Shown: piece by piece, positions 14,039 to 17,177 of the stretch | How positions within the stretch are numbered: position 1 is the first letter of the stretch | Layout of the letters: each line of letters begins with the position of its first letter | Assembly: GCA_049699855.1 (NCBI GenBank) | Contig: JBNAWM010000021.1 | Location: forward strand, 1 to 17,177 | Length of the DNA stretch: 17,177 nucleotides | DNA from: Candidatus Cryosericum sp. | GTDB taxonomy: Bacteria; Caldisericota; Caldisericia; Cryosericales; Cryosericaceae | Direction of reading: 5' to 3' | The notes under the pieces: model-generated | The model's input: only the letters and a program-made list of their open reading frames with translations | Told to the model about the DNA's origin: nothing | The model's database searches: none | Made by a program: the position numbers and the translations under genes

Positions 14039-15028
14039 ATGAGATCCCGGGAAGAAGCACGCCGCGCTGACTTCGTTCCCGCTGGCACGGCGCCGTCAAG
14101 TCCTGCCAGCGGTCCCCGTATTGATTTGACAGGTGTTGAACGTGTCCAGGCGATGGTCCTGGGCTGGTATGCAGCTCATGCGCGCCATTTCATCTGGAGG
14201 GTTGCCAACCCCGATCCCTATGTTGTCCTGGTTTCTGAGACCATGCTCCAGCAAACCCAAACGGCTCGAGTACAGGAAAAACTGCCTCAATTCCTGCGGC
14301 AGTTCCCGGACTTCGCCAGCCTTGCGGCGGCAGACAACGCCACAATTATCCGTGCGTGGCAGGGAATGGGCTACAACAACAGGGCCCTTCGGCTGCGGGA
14401 TTGTGCGCGCGCTGTCGTCGATCGCTTCGGTGGAAAGCTGCCCGACACCGCTGACGACCTGCGATCACTCCCTGGTCTCGGCCCCTACACCGTGTCGGCT
14501 ATCTTGTCCTTTGCGTTTCACCGCGACGTCATCGTCCTGGATGTCAATGTCAGGAGATTGTACAGTCGAGTGTTCCTCAAGCTCCAGACCACTCTCAACG
14601 TCATGCCAGAGCCCCAACTTCTGCAAGTCGCGAGCGAGGTCTATCCCCGTGGGCGCAGTTCGGAATGGCACCAGGCCTGCATGGACATCGCTGCGCAATT
14701 CTGCACGGCCAGATCTCCTCGATGTCTGTTCTGCCCAATCGCCAAGGCATGCCAATCGGCCTTCAGACTCGCCGAGGTGAGCCCGCCGCACGTCTCGGAA
14801 CCCTCGCACAGAGGCAAGCCCAACCGCATCTGGCGGGGCCGCATTATCGAGCTGTTGCGCGGCCTTGCTCCAGGTCAGACAATGACTCTCGCAGAACTCC
14901 GAAAGCAGCTCTTTGCTTCAGAGGAAGAGTCCGATGCGCCCTGGCTGGAACACATTCTTGCTGCACTCGAACGTGATGGCCTGGTCGAACGTGGCGAGAC
15001 AGCCGATCGTATCCGACTGCGTACCTGA
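14039..15028 (+). CDS. mutY: A/G-specific adenine glycosylase (MutY-like HhH-GPD enzyme with 4Fe-4S motif), short form
   Basis: WY....R...WR...DPY.VLVSE.MLQQT, W.GMGY..RA..L, HhH LPGLGPYT, LDVNVRR, and Fe-S motif CTARSPRCLFCPIAKAC. Confidence 0.88.
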   Translation: MRSREEARRADFVPAGTAPSSPASGPRIDLTGVERVQAMVLGWYAAHARHFIWRVANPDPYVVLVSETMLQQTQTARVQEKLPQFLRQFPDFASLAAADNATIIRAWQGMGYNNRALRLRDCARAVVDRFGGKLPDTADDLRSLPGLGPYTVSAILSFAFHRDVIVLDVNVRRLYSRVFLKLQTTLNVMPEPQLLQVASEVYPRGRSSEWHQACMDIAAQFCTARSPRCLFCPIAKACQSAFRLAEVSPPHVSEPSHRGKPNRIWRGRIIELLRGLAPGQTMTLAELRKQLFASEEESDAPWLEHILAALERDGLVERGETADRIRLRT

Positions 15029-15068
15029 GCTTTTACGATTGCCCAGTGGCAGCAGATCTGCAAACCAA

Positions 15069-15881
15069 TCAGCCCCTCAGGACAAGAGTACGCTGATACG
15101 CTGCCCAGACCGCCTTCGACAAGGCCGTCCTGAACCCGCCCTTCTCAAGCTCATACAGCGCCTCGGCCGTGGTCCCTCCCGGTGAGGTAACAGAGTTCTT
15201 GAGTTCCGCCACATGTTTGTTGCTGGAACGAGCAAGCTTGATCGAGCCTTCCATCGTCTGCAGCACCAAGTTCAGCGCAACGTCACGCTGAAATCCAAGG
15301 TGTACGGCCGCATCCATAAATGCTTCAACGAACAGGAAAACATACGCGGGTCCTGTACCACTCACCGCAGTCGCCATGTCCACGTATCGCTCTTCGTCTA
15401 CCTGTATCTCGATGCCCACCGCACCGAGAACTGACCGAACCAGCACGCGGTCCTCCTCCGTTAGCACCGGGCTGCCCATCCAGACGCTGACCCCGGCCCC
15501 CACTTGTGCTGGAGTGTTGGGCATACAACGTACAATGCGGTCATGGCCCGTGCCTTCCCTCAGCCGGTCGATTCCAGCTCCTGCCACGATTGAGAGCAGA
15601 ACCTGGTCCGGCTGCATGGCCCCGTTGATGTCGGCGAAGACACGCTCTAGATTTTGGGGCTTCACCGCCAGGATAACAATGTCCCCAAACTGGACAGCCT
15701 CGCGGTTGGAGACCGTCGTACGGACGCCATGTCGCTCGCGGATCGCCTCGAGCGCCTGCTTGCCGCGGGAACTGACTATGATGTTACTCTCAGGGACCAC
15801 TCCTTTGGCGAGAAGAGACTGGACAAATGCATTCGCCATGACACCGCCACCAACTATCGAGACCCTTGTTTCGTGACTCAT
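15069..15881 (-). CDS. proC: Pyrroline-5-carboxylate reductase
   Basis: Start ATG at 15881 (SD GGAGG). IVGGGVMA, ILAVKPQ, SIVAG, VRCMPNTPA.VG.G, TAVSGTGPAY, VTSPGGTT..AL..LE. Confidence 0.96.
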   Translation of the reverse strand: MSHETRVSIVGGGVMANAFVQSLLAKGVVPESNIIVSSRGKQALEAIRERHGVRTTVSNREAVQFGDIVILAVKPQNLERVFADINGAMQPDQVLLSIVAGAGIDRLREGTGHDRIVRCMPNTPAQVGAGVSVWMGSPVLTEEDRVLVRSVLGAVGIEIQVDEERYVDMATAVSGTGPAYVFLFVEAFMDAAVHLGFQRDVALNLVLQTMEGSIKLARSSNKHVAELKNSVTSPGGTTAEALYELEKGGFRTALSKAVWAAYQRTLVLRG

Positions 15882-15994
15882 GCGACAACCTCCCCAGACG
15901 ATTTGAAAGAGCATAGCACATTTGATCGTGATCCATCATGACCAAGAGCGACCCTGTTGCCCACTGCCATTCACAACCTCCCACGCACCCGTCA

Positions 15995-16024
15995 TTGACA
16001 TCAAGGGTCAGACTGCTATATATG
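15995..16024 (+). promoter_or_regulatory. Possible promoter for the DsrE-like gene
   Basis: TTGACA at 15995-16000, followed 16-18 nt later by a TATATATG run. The -10 register is imperfect. Confidence 0.4.
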
Positions 16025-16085
16025 TGTAAGATAGATTATGTATTTGCGGCCCGGCGCGCTTTCACCGGGGAACTGGAGGCAGATC

Positions 16086-16427
16086 ATGGAGCAAGTACGC
16101 AAGGTATTGATTATACTCTCGACCGCAGAACGCGAGAAGGCAATTGCAGGCTTGATGTATGCTCAAACCACACACGACAACCATTGGTTCGATGACGTGC
16201 GCATCGTCCTGTTTGGCCCCTTCGAGAGACTCCTGGCAGAAGACGAGGAAGTTCGAAAGCTGGGAGCGGAGCTGTTCAAAGTCACTGCTCGTCCGATGGC
16301 ATGCGACGCATTTGCTGAAGATGTTGTCGTGAGCGATGCCATCAAATCCCTGGGATGTGAACTGGATCAGGCGAGTGGCATTATCTCGGAATATATCCGC
16401 AACGGATATGTTCCTCTCGTCTTCTAG
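16086..16427 (+). CDS. DsrE/DsrF-like family protein
   Basis: Start ATG at 16086 (SD GGAGG at 16075-16079); 113 aa. KVLIILST...A..GLMYA......WFDDV.IVLFGP.E.L...MAC..FA...IS.YI..GY..LVF is the pattern I associate with small DsrE-like proteins. Confidence 0.72.
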   Translation: MEQVRKVLIILSTAEREKAIAGLMYAQTTHDNHWFDDVRIVLFGPFERLLAEDEEVRKLGAELFKVTARPMACDAFAEDVVVSDAIKSLGCELDQASGIISEYIRNGYVPLVF

Positions 16428-16458
16428 ACACTTTTCATAGCTGTTGTGGCACGAATGC

Positions 16459-16493
16459 AGGCGCCACGGTAAACCGTGGCGCCTTTCTTCTTG
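16459..16493 (+). terminator. Intrinsic terminator between the convergent DsrE-like and mce genes
   Basis: AGGCGCCACGG-TAAA-CCGTGGCGCCT (11-bp stem, 16459-16484) followed by TTCTTCTT on +. It may also act on the minus strand, where the U-tract is weak. Confidence 0.85.
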
Positions 16494-16502
16494 TTCGAAC
16501 TC

Positions 16503-16913
16503 CTATTTCTTCTTTCTTTCGCACAGCTCCAGGAGCACCCCATGGGTCGACTTGGGATGAACAAACGCAATACGCGTCCCTCCAGCCCCGTCGCGCGGCT
16601 TCTCGTCGATGAGCTGAACTCCTTTTGCCTTTAGTTCGGCAAGAGCGGCTTCAACATCCTCCACTCGAATGGCAATGTGATGCAGACCCTCACCCCGCTT
16701 CTCGATGAACTTGGCAATCGTGCTGTCCGGGCTGGTCGCCTCCAGTAGCTCGATTTCGGTGCCACCCACGGGCAGGAACGCCGTTCGTACCTTCTGTTCT
16801 GCCACTTCCTCCACACCGTGCAACTCGATCCCCAGCGACGTCTCCCAGAACGACAGCGCCTCCTGCAGATTGGACACAGCAATTCCAATGTGATCAATGT
16901 TCTTCAGGTTCAT
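16503..16913 (-). CDS. mce: Methylmalonyl-CoA epimerase
   Basis: [14 protein letters not shown]......[36 protein letters not shown]. Confidence 0.94.
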   Translation of the reverse strand: MNLKNIDHIGIAVSNLQEALSFWETSLGIELHGVEEVAEQKVRTAFLPVGGTEIELLEATSPDSTIAKFIEKRGEGLHHIAIRVEDVEAALAELKAKGVQLIDEKPRDGAGGTRIAFVHPKSTHGVLLELCERKKK

Positions 16914-17177
16914 GTGTGCCTCCAGCTATGTTGGAAAATAGAGTCTGCCAATGAATATGGATCGCTCTGCCCGGTCACAACCTTGCTCAGCTCCACCTGC
17001 ACCGTCGGTCGATCCAGCTCGCTCTTCATCATGTCCATCAAGTGTGCCTTCAGGATCTCAAGCACATCCAGTTTCGCCATGCGCACCTTCACATCATCCA
17101 GTTTCGAGGAATTGCTGAGGAATGAGCGATGTTGTTCTATTGCCTCGACGACTCGGTCAATTCCTTCGTTCTGCTCG
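16910..17177 (-). CDS. meaB: 3' end of the methylmalonyl-CoA mutase-associated GTPase MeaB/ArgK (5' part outside the window)
   Basis: The frame is open from the right edge: [20 protein letters not shown]...[11 protein letters not shown]. This matches the MeaB C-terminal GI..L..AI..H and DPY pattern, and it overlaps mce by ATGA. Confidence 0.75.
   Translation of the reverse strand, partial: EQNEGIDRVVEAIEQHRSFLSNSSKLDDVKVRMAKLDVLEILKAHLMDMMKSELDRPTVQVELSKVVTGQSDPYSLADSIFQHSWRHT

Noticed and set aside
1..17177. CRISPR array, IS/transposase, integrase, prophage, defence system, reverse transcriptase or tandem repeat array
   Set aside because: I saw no regularly spaced repeats or terminal inverted repeats. 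Every long gene is explained by a known family, and intergenic gaps are all under about 250 nt.

Overview
This 17.2-kb bacterial window is mostly housekeeping DNA. Most of the left 10 kb is one minus-strand run: aspS (short, archaeal/AspRS2-type) - leuS - rpmF - plsX - rnc - ftsY - ylxM - ffh - rpsP - khpA(ylqC) - ylqD, closed by a perfect intrinsic terminator. A bacterioferritin-like gene that the ORF track missed follows (truncated at the left edge); it has its own putative promoter and a structured leader of about 140 nt. The right part is a mixed accessory region: an alpha/beta hydrolase plus a membrane-anchored PIG-L-family deacetylase, an AhpE-like peroxiredoxin plus a nitroreductase, a short and probably leaderless MutY-like glycosylase, proC, a DsrE-like protein, methylmalonyl-CoA epimerase and the 3' end of a MeaB GTPase. 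I found no rRNA, tRNA, CRISPR array, mobile element or clearly new multi-gene system. The best leads are the two-hairpin/uORF leader of the ferritin gene, paired substitutions in normally conserved motifs of both SRP GTPases, an atypical anticodon-domain signature in AspRS, the pruned ribosomal/SRP gene cluster, and the exported deacetylase with an altered catalytic motif. All product calls rest on motif recognition by eye; no searches were run.
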